NCBI GenBank assembly: GCA_001642005.1
Contig: LWCA01000076.1
Span: 1 to 60,756 of the forward strand
DNA: 60,756 nucleotides
Direction of reading: 5' to 3'
From: Intoshia linei
Lineage: Eukaryota > Animalia > Orthonectida
Made by a program: the position numbers and the translations under genes
Part shown: positions 1-15,820 of the stretch, piece after piece
How positions within the stretch are numbered: the first letter of the stretch is position 1
Layout: every line of letters begins with the position of its first letter
Notes under the pieces: model-generated
Seen by the model: only the letters and a program-made list of their open reading frames with translations
What the model was told of the DNA's origin: nothing
Databases searched by the model: none

Positions 1-289
1 TTTTGAAGATCTGTAAACCATAATTCCAAATTTATATTTCAAATTCATTATGCAAATATATATTTTGTTTTGGTTAGCAATTTTATGGCTTAATACACCA
101 AATTTTTTGTAAGCCACATGGCTCACGTTGAAAACTCCTGTCCTAACCTACATAAAATTTGTAGATTATTTTCTCATTTATATACTATACATGTTCTATT
201 ATAATAATATTTATATTTAATATTTTATAAATAAAAGTATTTGAGTATATATGAAATATAAAGTGTATCACAAATGTATTTATAATCCG

Positions 290-600
290 AATGAATCAAT
301 TTATGAGATTTCTCCCCATATTTCTTTATTGAAAATGTGTAGACGTTCAATGGACTCTTATTTGAAATGGTAGGATGAATATTAACTTTTTAATTGTAAT
401 CCAAAGTTTGAAAAATTATTTTTCACCGGGAATTTGTAGATTTCCGAGGTTGAAATTTTGTATTTATATCAAATGGAATAAGCTGTATTAGAATATTTGA
501 CCTTTTATATAATATTTGAGATTTTATATTTGGGTTTTTGACCCTGAAGGACTAAAATTCGGGAAATAAAACATAGATAACAACATTCCCTGGGACAAAT
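290..600 (-). mobile_element. Degenerate internal fragment of the Helitron-like repeat family, reverse orientation; boundaries approximate
   Basis: Similar to 20060-20300 and to the reverse complement of parts of 32730-33190 (ccatatttctttattgaaaatgtgtagacgttcaatg; ttttcaccgggaat...gaaattttgtatttatatcaa). Confidence 0.55.
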
Positions 601-1192
601 TGTATTATAAATTTGGATCTTTTTAATTCTACAACTGTTTATGTTTTTTTAAATATACGGTAACACAGACATTACATTTTATGTAAGTAAAGGATATACA
701 TTTTAACATGCATTGTGATTAATTAGGTATTTTGAATTTGGAAAGATTGTAGATAGTTATTTAGATGAATTAGTAAATAAATATGGAACCAGTGCACTGG
801 TTCCACTGCATTACAGCACATTTCTGTAATATATTTAAGTAAAGGAAGTAAGACGTTAGAAAATAAAATAAATTCATCGAAATTGTTATATAACTTTTTA
901 AATTAAAATTTTATATAGCAACAATGTATTTATTAATTAAAATTAAAACTTCTATAATTCAAAAATGACAAGATAGATTAAAAAATTAACATTTTATATC
1001 AACATTTTAATTTTTCTTAGATTTTCCATGCCGCTCAGGTATAAATCGGTTCACATTAATAAATTATTAAGAAATTTTGAATTTTAATCAATATAATTAA
1101 GAATTGAGTCTGCGGGCAGTCTTTAAAATTTCTGAAAATTTTTAAGAGAAAACTTTATTATTATAAAGTAAAATATAACATTTACAATTTTA

Positions 1193-1750
1193 ACTTATAT
1201 AAAAGGCTACGCGATTTTTGTTTGTGTGTGACTTTATTAAAATAACTACCATTCTTAGAATTTTTTAAAGACCACATTTCAATTACAGTTTTTTCTGGGA
1301 CGTATAATAAGATAAATTTCAATCCTCCAATTTTACATCTTACAGGTCAAACCCTGTTGTCTCTCTTTTTGAAGAGCAAACGAGTTGGAGAATTTAAAAA
1401 AATATAAGTTGTTTCTCTTTTTGAAAATCAAACGCGTTGGAGAATTAAAAAAAATATATACGCTTATACGGATTTTAAAATCATAAACATTACCATAAAT
1501 TTAAATTTAAAAAAATTAAATCTTTAGGGCCAAAACCCCAAATTATCCTTCTTTTTTTAATGAAAACAGCCCTAGAATTTAAAAAAAAATTACAGGTGTA
1601 TTCTGTTAACACACATAAAAAATTTCAATCCGATTAAGTGACGACTTCACGGTCAAAACAGCATTTTAGTATTCATATATTTTTTTTCCGAAATATTTTA
1701 TTAAAAAAAAAATGTGAAATAATTAACGGTCCGAAAATTAAAAAAAAAAA
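1193..1750 (+). mobile_element. 5' module of non-autonomous Helitron family (partial copy)
   Basis: Collinear with 32207-32740 and 59925-60730 (gctacgc..tgtgtgtg..aataactacc..cttagaatt..gggccaaaacccca..aagtgacgacttcacggtcaaaa). Confidence 0.8.
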
Positions 1751-2170
1751 TTATATTATATATAAGTCTTTATTATTGAAAATATTCATTATTGAAACAA
1801 TTTTTTGTCTTGCGTCTTCTATATCAGAAATATTAATTGCTTTCTTAAATTTGATGAATGCTCTCTCCGCTGGATCGTTAACATAAAGAGTATGTTTGAC
1901 ATTACTAACATCATTTGTAAAGCATTTTGTGTGGTTCATGAATTTTAGTTTGATAAAATTAATTATTTTTTGAAAATAGGATGAATTGTTGACATTGATT
2001 CCCAATAAATAATTATCGACTATATCATTGATCCTAGCTTGATGTGTATCCGATGACTTATTAAAAATGCCAAATATCCATAAAACACTGTGCAAACACA
2101 ATTGTATTAAAACAAATTCCCTTTTATGATTATTATTGATATCCAATATAAACGATTTAGCACAATACAT
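1751..2170 (-). pseudogene. Possible DNA-transposase C-terminal relic (139-aa ORF)
   Basis: Contains VNDPAERAF, reminiscent of xxND/SxAERxF/GV motifs near the C-terminus of DDE transposases. Isolated, abuts a repeat, and no supporting exon structure found. Confidence 0.3.
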
Positions 2171-3892
2171 TATATGAGACCCATCTAGGTTTTTTAAGGA
2201 TATTTCACCACCATTATTGGTAAAATTAAAGGTAAATTCTTTTTAATCATCTATCAAATGTGTACATTATATTTAATTAACTGTAAATTAATAATTAATA
2301 AATTGATTAACTTCTATATTTAATCCATAAGTCTGAATAGTTTTTCTAGACTCAAACCCAGTTACATAATTATACCTATAGTATTGTATACTAATTTATA
2401 GTTGTTATCAATATCTTACAGATTAAGACAAAACTCATAACATTAGATTTAGAGCCAAACTACCAAGCTCGAGGCCAACAAAAAATAAAAATAACTCTAT
2501 AAATTTTTCCGAAACGATGCGTAATATCATATGGACCTACCCACCTATCCAAGAATTTTGGCGTGAAATTTTGAATTTAATACACAAAAAAGTTATTATA
2601 TTCAAGAATATATTTTTTTATTATCCCTTTGCGGAATATTCGTTATTTTAAAATGAGATTTGTTGTAAAATTTAAAACAAGCTATGTGGAATTGCATTGT
2701 ATTTATTACACCAGATGATATTTTTACACTAATGTATGCTTTCTAGGTACTGTAATGTATTAAGGCTAAATCACAGAAAAAATTAGAAGCCAATATATTT
2801 TAGATTGTTTATTTAAATAATTAACTATCACACTTTAATCATTGATTAAACACTATATGCGATTCGCACAGGCTTTTGTGATTGCATAATTTATTGGTAT
2901 TATGCATCCTCAAACAGTTAAGAAAGTTTTTTGAATTGTTCAGTCAGTATCATTAATTAGTAATTAATTTCAATTTTTTTTTAAATTTTGTTAATTTAGT
3001 GAAACATGAAAATTTACGATGAATTGTTGAATTATTAAAACTGAAACGTTGGTGAAAAAAGGTTAAACATTGTATAGAAAATCAAAAATTTTTTGGTTCA
3101 AAATATCAGAGTATTTTTTCTAATAGATAAAAAAAAAAACTTGCCCTAAATACATAAATATACAGGTTTTTGTTGTTAGTTATTGGATAATTTATATTTC
3201 ACGTGAAAACGCCAAGCTGAAATTGTTATCCCTTAAAAGTGCCAAAATTGAGGATTAAAAAATTAAATTCTTGAATATCAACTACATGTCAATTAAAGAT
3301 CCATGGAGGTAATTAGAGACTACATGACACTTGGCACTTTTTGCAAAGTTTTTCTTAAGGGACTATTTTTCAATTTTAGGTGGTTAAGCTCTGAACTTGA
3401 AGAAATACTTTTTAAAAATATTTCATAAACTCGTTCCATATTTATTTTCCAACAATTCTGTCTTCATTGTCTTTTAAATATAATATATGGATTATTGGTT
3501 GTTTTTGACAGGCTATATAAGGTTAACAAAACTCGCACATTGAATAGATTGTTAATGTAACCACGTCTACAGATACACATCCTAAACAAATATAACTACA
3601 AAGTAACAATCTCTGACAAAAAAACAAAAGTGTCTGTCTTAATCTGCGATTGAGCTTGTAACTTGAAAAATACTTGGTTGCAAATTGCAACCAATAAACA
3701 TTTAAAGGATAAATAAAGTTTACATTTATATATTTTTATAATTTTTCCTAATTTTACAATTGCAAAATTTGTGAAATAGTTTTAATCAAAATAATTACAT
3801 TTCAAATTTTAATTTACTTGGACTGTAATAATTGATACAAAAGTCACCTGCGACATTGGAAATTTGAGAATTACATTGATACAATCCTGTCC

Positions 3893-6800
3893 ATGTCAAA
3901 TAAACTGGACATGACTTCTTGTCCTCTTACTTTTCCAAAAATTAAAGAAATTGATGTAAAATCGTTATTTCCGACTTATTCTGAAGGTATTTTAATGAAA
4001 TGTAATTAAATATGCATATTAAACAATGTTTTAGCTATATCCATCATCAAACCTGCTGAATGTGATAGTAACGGAGTTGTTTCTCGATCCAAAGCAAAAA
4101 TTCGAAAACTTGAAGCATCCAAAGAAGATTCTGATTTGAAAACAGTTATGGATGACAAACTAAATGATTTGCAATATGATCTCGAACAAATTTTATGTGA
4201 AAATTATAAAAAAGCCAATTCAATTAAAAGAGAGATTTATATTTTTGATAATTACAACCGTGAGCTAAAAAAATATAAAGAATTAAATTCAAATAAACCA
4301 ATTTCGGTAGAATTCATTTGACATCATTTTAATTTTATTTAGTCGAGATGCATCCAAAATAAATCTTTTTCTACTGGAAAGAGAGATACAAAGAGTTCAA
4401 AACGTAAACGTCGATTTTCTCAGAAAAAACGAAAACGAACTTTGCAAAATAAAGAAATCCTATCCGAAATAGAAGACATTGATGAAACGTATCTAGAAAA
4501 TTTCTACAAAATACCAGATAATTTTTGGAATTTTGTAGAAAATGAATGCAACTCTAGTATTAATGATGATGATTTAAAGTTTTTCGAAAAAAAATACAAG
4601 GATTACAAGTATCGGTTGTCTAATAATACTACGTCGCCTCAAAAGTTTATCGATGAATTTGTGTTGAATGGTGAACCCTTTATTAATGGTGTCACCAATT
4701 CTAGTGATCAGTAATTTTATTTTTTTCAAATTTTGGACTTTGTTATATGGTAAATTTAGAATTCAGTCTGGTTCACCCACTACGAGTGATTGTTCTAGAA
4801 GGAGTAGTAGAAGAAAATCTCTGAGAAGTAATCAATCAAAAGATAGTGAAAACGACGACATTAAAAATAATGGAGATGTGACTATTGGAGACGGAGAGTA
4901 TATATTTTTTTGACATATCTAGAATTTTGTTTAGAAATGCTGATGATGATTCTTGCATATTCAACAAAAATGGACTTTTGTATCTATTGAGTAACAGTGT
5001 TCAAAGAAAATGTCATTTTTATATTAATTTGATTCTCTATATTTTCCACCAAAAAAACTAAAATCTTTTTCAAACAGTTTTATAAAATTTTTATCAAATA
5101 AACTCATTTACTAATTAATTTTAATTAAAATGAAATGTCGAAATTTTTAAAATTACCCTCAGCGTGTTAATATGAATTAGTCAATTAGTGAAAAAATCAT
5201 TTTTTATTTTAATTGAATCCATTTTTACCTTTTTAACATCATTAATTTATAATACTTAAATAACTATTTTTAGCTTTGGATAGTTTAAGAGAAATTTCAT
5301 TTTGTAAATTTCGTGAAAGCGAAACGAACGCAGGTGACGCATTTATAAAATCAATTACTGGCAAAAAGGCAGAACTTAGAATGTTGATGCAAGAAAATGT
5401 AGATTTGGTAAGTGAATATCAAGAGAAAGTGCGAACTGAAATTGCATATAACCAAGCTGCTCAAAATGTTGCTAAAATGTTTCCACAGGTAATTGTTTCT
5501 GCAATTTTTATTATTTCAAACACAAATTATAAAATTTAAATAAATATACTAAAAAATGTCATGTATTATATTAACCTATTTTTTCATAGTGCACATTTAT
5601 TTGAATTTACATGAAAATTTTATAAACTGTGAGAATAAGTTAATATTTTAGTATATATATATTATAATATTCTGTAAATTAGTGTTTTTCAATCCATTTG
5701 AGTCAACGCCAATATTTACCATTTTATTGAAATTAATTTTTGTGATAGCTCAGTAATAAATAAGTAAAAATTTTTAATGTACTTCATGGTTTTGCAATGT
5801 GGGCTCTATATGTAGTTACTTAGTTTCCTTATCATCTCCATAATCATATTTTTTGAAAATGATTGTTATTAAGGTGATCACTGATCAGGATACGAATTTT
5901 TTTTCCATAAAAATGAAAAGTAGCGTATGTGGTTTGTATAAAAAGTCGTTATTCAAAATGAATTAAATCATCAATTTGAAAAATTTTGGTTGTATATTGT
6001 AATAGTAATTTATTACCTTAAAAACTATTTGATGTGATCATTTTTAAAATGCTATGACTTGATTTTTTAGTTTTTAAAAAAAGTGAGTAATTTGTGGTTT
6101 TCGTCCATAAAGATCTGTTTTTTAGTTTTTAAAATTTCTGATAATGCTCATGATTTTAAAAACTCCCCAATTTTGCGTTTTTTAAATTTTAAGACTTAAT
6201 TTTTTAAAAAAAAATCAATAATTTCTAGTTTTATCATGAAGGTCCAATTTTTAAAATTGAAATTTATCTTAATTTTTGCACCGGAAAAAACTGACTTATA
6301 CAGAGTGTACCATTTAAAACTGCACTTGAAAATAAAAGTTTATCAAAAAAACATTATCACTAGAAACAATTAAATTTCTCACAAATGTCAATAATAAAAT
6401 TATTTGGATATTTATTCAAGTATTTAAGAAAAATAGAAGAATTATTTAATTTACAATAAATGTTCAAAATGACCACCATCAGATTGGATACATAAATAAA
6501 TGTGTTTAAGGAAATTGTTGTAAACATTAGATTTTGAGTGCTAATTGAGTTAATACTGTTGATGATATTGGTTTTTAGGTATTCTATATTTAAAGGGGAA
6601 TTTTTATAAATTTTAGATTTTTAATTCAAAAAATTAATATGAACTTGTTTTTATATAGTTGATTTGTTATTTATTTCGTCAGTGCACTCATAATATGAAA
6701 TGTTTTAACAAGTGCACTGTTCTAAATGGTACACCCTGTATTTATGTTTTTTTGAATTATTAATTAAATTTGACTGCCACTTTTCCCAATAACTGCATTA

Positions 6801-8732
6801 CAAAGTACCCAATCATACATACATTTTGCAACTTTTATTTTATATAAGAACAAGTTAAGATTATTGAGATTTTCATAATTAATTTGTTAGCCTGATCAGA
6901 AATTTTATTTGAAATTGCTCTGAAAATTTTATGACCTAGACATTTACCCCTCGATAAAATTTTTGTAAAATTAATCGTTTAAAAATAATTATAATAGTAG
7001 ATATATCTGTATTATAATACATGTATATTATTTTTTAATATTATAATTTTTGTGTGAAATTTAAACTGTCACTTCTAGGTCAGCAGTTCCCAACTGAGTA
7101 CTGGGATCCCTCAGGGGTACCAGCTCGTCTGATACTATGCCTCATAAATTATAGATATTTTTTAAATTCCAAAAATAATAGAAAATAAAAATTAATTTGT
7201 AATAATATACTTAGTTCTTATGTATTTAGGTATATTTGATATTTTAAGGTTGCATAATAAATATATCTACGTCCCTATTTCGTCAGTTCAATCATTAACG
7301 ATTTTTCAGATCTCCATTTTTAGTCTAGTAGAGTTTTAACAATTTATATTTTTTTTAGTTGATATAGGTCATAGTTACACTAAATGTAAATTATTATAGA
7401 TACCTATTATATATAGACTATTAAGATATATAGATAACTATTATAGATATTAGAGATAGATTATAGTAAAATTTTTAACCGTTTTACTTAAAGCACTGTA
7501 TAGCCGGTTCACTATTAAATCATCAGTAATTTTCATACATTTTCGATTTTAAATTCATTTTATATGTATTTTTAATATTTTTTGATCTCACGATCTGTAT
7601 TGTTATCGACAAGATTAAGATTATTTTTCAATTAAAAATAATCCTTTTGAGATTTATTGTTTATTTAAGTATTATCTTTGGAAATGTTATCGTTTTTTAT
7701 AATTCGAGCTGAATATACATTTGAATATAGCTTTATTATGTTTAATTAAGAATAAATACATTTTTTCTCTGAAATCGACAACAGGTAGGTGAAATTGTCC
7801 AGTTTTGAATGAATAATATAATATTTGAAACAAAATAAATTTTAGTAAATCATAAACATTAAAACATTTATTCAAAATTAAGAGATGTACCCTGAATATT
7901 TTCTAATAATGTTCTATTTTCTACATTATCAAATAAATTTAATACTAATTATATCTAATATTAATTACAATTTATTAAAACTGATGAGAAAATACTGATA
8001 TTATGAATTATTGATGAAACGATTGCTGATAATGTTAATAAGCACGGTATAGCCCACCAAAAATTAGTAGACAATCATTTAAACCCCTAGTGGTTCACCC
8101 CGTCTGGAATCATGTGTTAAATGAACCTATACTAATTTAATAAAAATTATATTAAAATTTCTGCGGACACCAATGGGAATTTATTTTTTTGTAAATTCTC
8201 GCAGCAATATCAAAAAAATTCAATATATCAGTTAGATTTTTTTGCATGGAATAGCAGTTAAAACTTGATTTTTTTTTAAATAAATTGATTTTATTCTGTA
8301 CCGAGAAACGAGACAGAAAGTGTCCGAGAGCCCTTTGGTCCGACAAATTTTTGTAAACTCGTGTCCAATTTTTAAAATTTAGCATTAAAAAATTATATTT
8401 TTCAATATCATAACTTATGATTTTATAACCGCCAATATTACGAGAATATATTGGATTATTTAATTTAATTTGATTTAATAAAACCTGTGCTAACCTAAAA
8501 ACTTTAAAAAACTACATTATTTATTAGACATAATTTCATAATATATTAAGTAGATAACTTTCACATTTAATTTAAAATGATTATTTAGGTGCTGGAATAC
8601 GCCAAAACAGTGGAAAATTTGAAAAACAATCAAAAACTGACAAAAGAAAATTTTAATGAAATTGCAAAATATTTGAAAGAATTTGAAAAAATGTCAGATA
8701 AATGCGAAAAATTAGACCAAGTAAATTATTAG
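3893..8732 (+). CDS. TADA3: Transcriptional adaptor 3 (SAGA/ATAC HAT-module subunit)-like, about 7 exons
   Basis: MTSCPLTFPKIKEIDVKSLFPTYS resembles the TADA3 N-terminus (CPLQF...PRY). KLNDLQYDLEQIL resembles LDTLQLELETLL, IPDNFWNFVENEC resembles APNRFWASVEPYC, and KKAELRML resembles RQAELKAL. Approximate exons: 3893-3987, 4035-4306, 4343-4710, 4760-4897, 4935-4990, 5274-5488, 8589-8732 (ends TAG). Confidence 0.8.
6301..6738 (-). mobile_element. Internally deleted Tc1/mariner-superfamily element (MITE-like) in TADA3 intron
   Basis: TIRs cagagtgtaccatttaaaactgcacttg / caagtgcactgttctaaatggtacaccctg, flanked by TA on both sides. The minus strand near 6455-6482 encodes DGGHFEHLL*, a typical transposase C-terminus. 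Confidence 0.85.
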
Positions 8733-9398
8733 CATTCGCCTGTACCGTTTATTAAATTCGTAGATTTGTAAATTTGTAATTTAACCCTTGTAATTTAAAT
8801 TTTAAATTAAACTTTTCCAGTTACATTTGTATTACTTTTGAAAAAACTACTCAATATTTACGGTTCATTAATTTTATGTTACAATTAACATTTATTTAAA
8901 TCGAACAAACTGTATTTGATATTTTGGCATTATATGTTAAAAATTATTGGAGCAATTATGTGATTAATCAGTCGTAATTGGAAATTTGTGCCAATGTTAA
9001 GACACGTTTAGTTTAAATCATAGGCTCTCGTGGAAATGATTATGAAATGATAATTTGATAAAAAATTTATTGAATTTATAAAATTGGCTTATATTCATTT
9101 CAATTTATCGGATTTGTCTCCGGATGAAAGGAAATTGGTACTGACACTTGGAACCAACTACTAATCCGCGACCTAATTTTGTAATATATTCTACTAATCC
9201 CTGTGTATGTAGGTTCATTGTATTTGCAGTGTTCTATATATCAAGCACCTGTGAAGATTAAAAATAATCCAAATTTCAATGGTAATGTGTTGATTTAGAA
9301 CGCGTAAAACTGAATAAAATGTATTTGGGCTAATTATTCAGTCACATGCAGTGGTATCACATTATTTCTAAAATTTTATATATTACGTAGAATCTCAG

Positions 9399-12300
9399 AT
9401 GAAAAAAAATTTCCTTCCATCAAATTCAAAAGGTCAGTTGTACCCAATTTTATTACTATTCATCAATTATATTCAATTTGCACAATGTCAAGATATTAGT
9501 CAATTCCAAAAGAAAAACCGACATGTATATAGTATACAAATTGAAGACCATTCTAAAATTCACACACTCAGCTGTAAATATAAGTTTAAAATTTTAAGGA
9601 AATTGAGTTATCATGATTTTTATTTAATTCAACCGAACCAGCCACCTAAAAGCTCAGTATTAATGAATAAAAGAAGTGTGTTTACCAAAGAAGGTAATTT
9701 TGATAAATTTTTTATAATTTCAGTTTTAATTTAGACAAATGGGAGAACGAACATGCATTGAAAAATGATGCTAGCGTTTTAAAGCTGAATTTAGAAATTT
9801 ATAGAAAACGCGTAAAACGTAATTTTCCAATACAGAGCCAGGAATATGTTACAAACGATCCACTTTTCAAGAGTATGTGGTTTCTGGATAAACTCAAAAT
9901 TAAACAAGTTTGGAAAAAGAATATCACCGGATCAGGCATTTTGTTGGCCGTTATTGATGATGGAATTGAAGCAACGCATCCAGATTTAAAGAAAAATTAT
10001 ATTAATGAATTTAGCTATGATTTTGTCGATGGAGATCAAGATGCCACGCCAAATTACTTTTCAGATACATCTAATGATCACGGTACACGTTGTGCTGGAA
10101 TTATAGCTGCCACAGCAAATAATTCAAAGTGTACTGTTGGCATTGCATTTAATTCGAAAATTGCTGGCATCAAACTTTTGGGAAACGACGCCATTACTGA
10201 TCTGATGGAAGCTGAATCTTTTAAACATGCATCCGATAAAATCGACATATATAGCATAAGCTGGGGTCCAGAGGTAACTATCTTTTTGATTCTTGGTAAT
10301 TTTATTTTAGGATGATGGGAAAATAATTGACGGACCGAAAGAACAGGCGTCATTAGCTTTGAAAGACGGAGTTACGTATGGCAGAAAAGGTCTAGGTTCT
10401 ATTTATGTTTGGGCAGCCGGAAATGGGGGTCGTGTTGGAGATGTATGCTCCTGTGATGGCTATGTTGTTTCTCTCTTTACTATCGCCGTCAATGCGGCAA
10501 CTTACAATGACAAGGTTCCCTGGTTTAGTGAACGTTGTGCAGCCATTTTTGCGGCAACGCCATCGAGTGGACGAAGTGATGAAAAGAGCATTGCATCTAC
10601 AGATTGGAAAAAAATGTGCACAAAAAATCATTCTGGTACATCCGCTTCTGCACCCATGGCTTCTGCTATTATAGCTCTTACTCTAAGTGTCAACCCTGAA
10701 TTAACATGGCGGTGTGTTCAGCATTTGATTGTTGCAACATCTAAACGTGGCTCTCTTGAATCTGACCAATGGAAAATTAATGGAATTGGTCGTTATATAT
10801 CACCTCATTTTGGCTATGGAATGATGGATGCGAATCATATGGTCGAGTTGGCTCAAATTTGGTCTCGTGTTCCCGAACAGCATTTATGTGTCATTAAATG
10901 GAATAACAACATGAACAGGTAACAATTTAATCATTCATTTTTAGTATAGTGTGTATCAGGTGTCGTTAAAGTGGTCCATACTACCCGGGTCTGGAAAATT
11001 TTGAGATTATTGATTATTTTGAGGATTTATGGGGAAATTAAATTACAAAAAAGTGTTTTTTGATTGAAAAATTTTAAAAGAAATGTAAGCATTTTATTGC
11101 ATTTGAAACGTATACTAAGAAAGTTTGACGACCCCTGGTATAGAGATTATAAATTTGTAACTTGCCTTCGCGTATAAACATTTATCATTTTCAATTATCG
11201 ATGGTTGAATGAAGTAAGGAGTAAATTAATTATTACATACATGTATTTTTTTAACTTTTTGTAGCGGTAGGCAGTCTCGTAGAGAACCATCAATGGCCAA
11301 AGTCAGATTAAAATTATAGACCCATATACACTTTATATTGTAAACAGATTAAAAAAAATTATTTCCTCTAGTCTAGTCGTTCCCGATTGGTATCCAAAAC
11401 TATATTCCTGAGGTTTTATTTTATCAATTTTTGGTTATTTTTATAGGAGAATTTTTAATATTTATTACAGATTTGCCAGATGTTGGCAATTTATCGCAAA
11501 GCCGAGACGACCGATACATTATTATTTAAAAAATCTCACTTTTATCCCACCATTAATAAAAAATACAATTTTAAACCCTTAAGGTGAAAAATTCCCTTTT
11601 TCCAATATTTTTTTGAAAAACACGATTTTATCAAATCTTATGAGAAAAACCTAATATTCCAACCCCAAAATAAAAATATAATTTTAGCAACACTTAATGG
11701 AAATATCCTCTTTTTCTAATATTTTTTTGAAAAATCCCATTTTACCAAATCTTATGAACAATCTAATCTAAAACCCAAAATAAAATATCGAATTTTACTA
11801 AATCTTATAAGAAACAGCTTTAAAAAAAACATTTTATATTTCCTTTCGGGTCCAAAAAATAAATATTTTGAAATTGGGGTCCGAACAGTATTGGGAATTG
11901 GATCATTAATTTTAATAATATCAGCTGATACTGATACTATCAGCGATTAACAAATATGATTTTAGTTATTATGTTTATCTAAATATACCCATCATATTTC
12001 ATTATTTGTAAAAAACTATTACCTGAAACAAATATTGTTTTAATTCTGCAATCCCATCGTATAATAAACTTGATATTTGTGCAAATTTCTAAGATTAAAA
12101 GCTTCATATTCTCTATCCCATTAATTATAAATAAAAAATGGTTTTTATGAACGTGTACCAATATTAAAATATTATTTTCAATTGAAATAATACTAATGTA
12201 GTTTGATTAATAATAATTCTAATGTACTAATGTAATGTATTCTAATGTAGGTCCTAGCAATGTTTCAATTTTTTTAAAAAGGGAACATTTGCAGGGACTA

Positions 12301-12862
12301 TATTACCATGCAAAAATTATATTATATTCAATAGCCAAATACGTTACCGTCAAAGAGGTATATTTGATTTGTATACAACTGGTTGCAAATCGAAAAAAAT
12401 GTTTTGGTTTGAAAATGGCAAAGAAGTAGTATATTTGGAACATGTTGTAGCAGAAATTACATTAAATTCCACAATCCGAGGAAAAATTCATATTGATTTA
12501 ATTTCACCCATGAAAACAAACACTACACTATTATTCTTACGACCAAAAGATGCCTCAAAAAAAGGTTTTCATAAATGGCCTTTTCTCTCAGTTCATTTAT
12601 GGGGAGAAAATCCCGTCGGTATGTGGAAATTAATAATTTACTCTGAATCCAAATTTAGTAAGTTTATATATTATGAATTATTTCATTAATAAATGTAGCA
12701 TATTTATCAAATTTCACATTGAAACTGTACGGAACATACAAAAACCCATTCAACCTCAAAAAAAAAAGCGTCAACAAATTATTTAACAACAATTCAGGAT
12801 ATTTTTTAACCTTTGGATTTTTATTTTATTTATTTATATATTTAACCATATTTATCAAATAA
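9399..12862 (+). CDS. Furin/kexin-like proprotein convertase (peptidase S8B plus P domain), 5 exons
   Basis: Signal peptide; prodomain ending RKRVKR; catalytic motifs VIDDG, HGTRCAG, WAAGNGG and GTSASAP; P domain (LEHVV..RGKI..SP..T.T.L...RPKD...WPFLSVHLWGENP.G.W). Exons 9399-9693, 9735-10273, 10311-10918, 12335-12657, 12699-12862. Confidence 0.93.
10957..11137. mobile_element. hAT-type MITE in convertase intron
   Basis: Imperfect TIRs caggtgtcgttaaa / tttgacgacccctg; TSD not clearly preserved. Confidence 0.6.
11420..11840. repeat. Dispersed repeat with internal ~115-bp tandem duplication
   Basis: Related to 34480-34780 and, inverted, to 52440-52640. The unit ttttttccaatatttttttgaaaaa..ttttatcaaatcttatga..cccaaaataaaa occurs about 2.3 times. 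Confidence 0.6.
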
Positions 12863-13435
12863 ATTTGTACATTGGTGTGATTTATTTATATTATAAATTG
12901 GATACACGTCCCAAAGATAAATTTTTACTAATTTTGATACATACAATATATTGACAAACGGAATTAATACTATATTGACACAGTATTTATATCTAATACT
13001 ATTTAACACTTGGGATTTTGATCTATTTTAAATTGGAATTAAGGGATGGATTAAGAATATCTATTAATAAGATTTAATTTAGAATGTTTAATTATAATTA
13101 CATGCAACCTTAAAATGTAAATAATCAAATTTAAAGTACATTTTGTAGTAAATTTTTACCATATTGCAACAGGTTTGCATCAATGATTGTAAATGAAATA
13201 ATTATCTTACATAAAAATAATTATAATTATAATTTGTTGAAAAAAAATTCTTAAACAATTTCAATTACTATTTTAACCGCATGCGTAATTATTACACCAA
13301 TGCATGTCTGCAATTTTTAAAACATAAAATTTAGTTGACAGTATATGGTAGTAAGTAATCTTCAATGTATCCAATGATTTTTTATAATTTCTTTTGATAT
13401 CTTCATATCTATCGTTAAAAGTCAAAATAAAAAAA

Positions 13436-13508
13436 AGCCACGTACGGGGATCGAACCCGTGACAACCAGGTTAAAAGCCTGATGCTCTACCGACTGAGCT
13501 AACATGGC
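13436..13508 (-). tRNA. trnK: tRNA-Lys (anticodon UUU)
   Basis: Minus strand reads GCCATGT TA GCTC AGTCGGTA GAGC A TCAGG CTTTTAA CCTGG TTGTC ACGGG TTCGATC CCCGT ACGTGGC T. This forms a full cloverleaf with A/B boxes and is followed directly by an oligo-T Pol III terminator. Confidence 0.96.
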
Positions 13509-13780
13509 GATATCGCTCGCAATAAAATGAATCTTTTAAAATAATTGCACACGCATATTTATAATTATTTTGGTTACTAATAGTTTAATTAGTGTATTCC
13601 AATTGTTACTTATTTTAACCCACTTTCATTAATATTTTACGTAATATTTGATAAAATAAAGTTTTGTATAAATAGACAACTGTTAAAAAGAAATATTGAT
13701 TAATAGATAAATATTTTTAAGCGAATGCTAATTTGATACACATTATTGATATTTTCAAGATAACATTAATTTCATCTCAA

Positions 13781-15820
<2,040 letters not shown>

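Noticed and set aside
1638-1886. Short ORFs within repeat copies (also 49783-50052, 52724-52909, 59828-60013, 60139-60321)
   Set aside because: They lie in Helitron/MITE sequence, the frames are not conserved between copies, and their I/K/F/N-rich composition is typical of random AT-rich DNA.
3674-3694. Inverted repeat ttggttgcaa-a-ttgcaaccaa upstream of TADA3 as an RFX X-box
   Set aside because: Only a partial match to the X-box consensus and no independent support.
10078-10674. Overlapping ORFs 10078-10353 (-), 10392-10631 (-) and 10405-10674 (+)
   Set aside because: Shadow frames of the comparatively GC-rich convertase exons.
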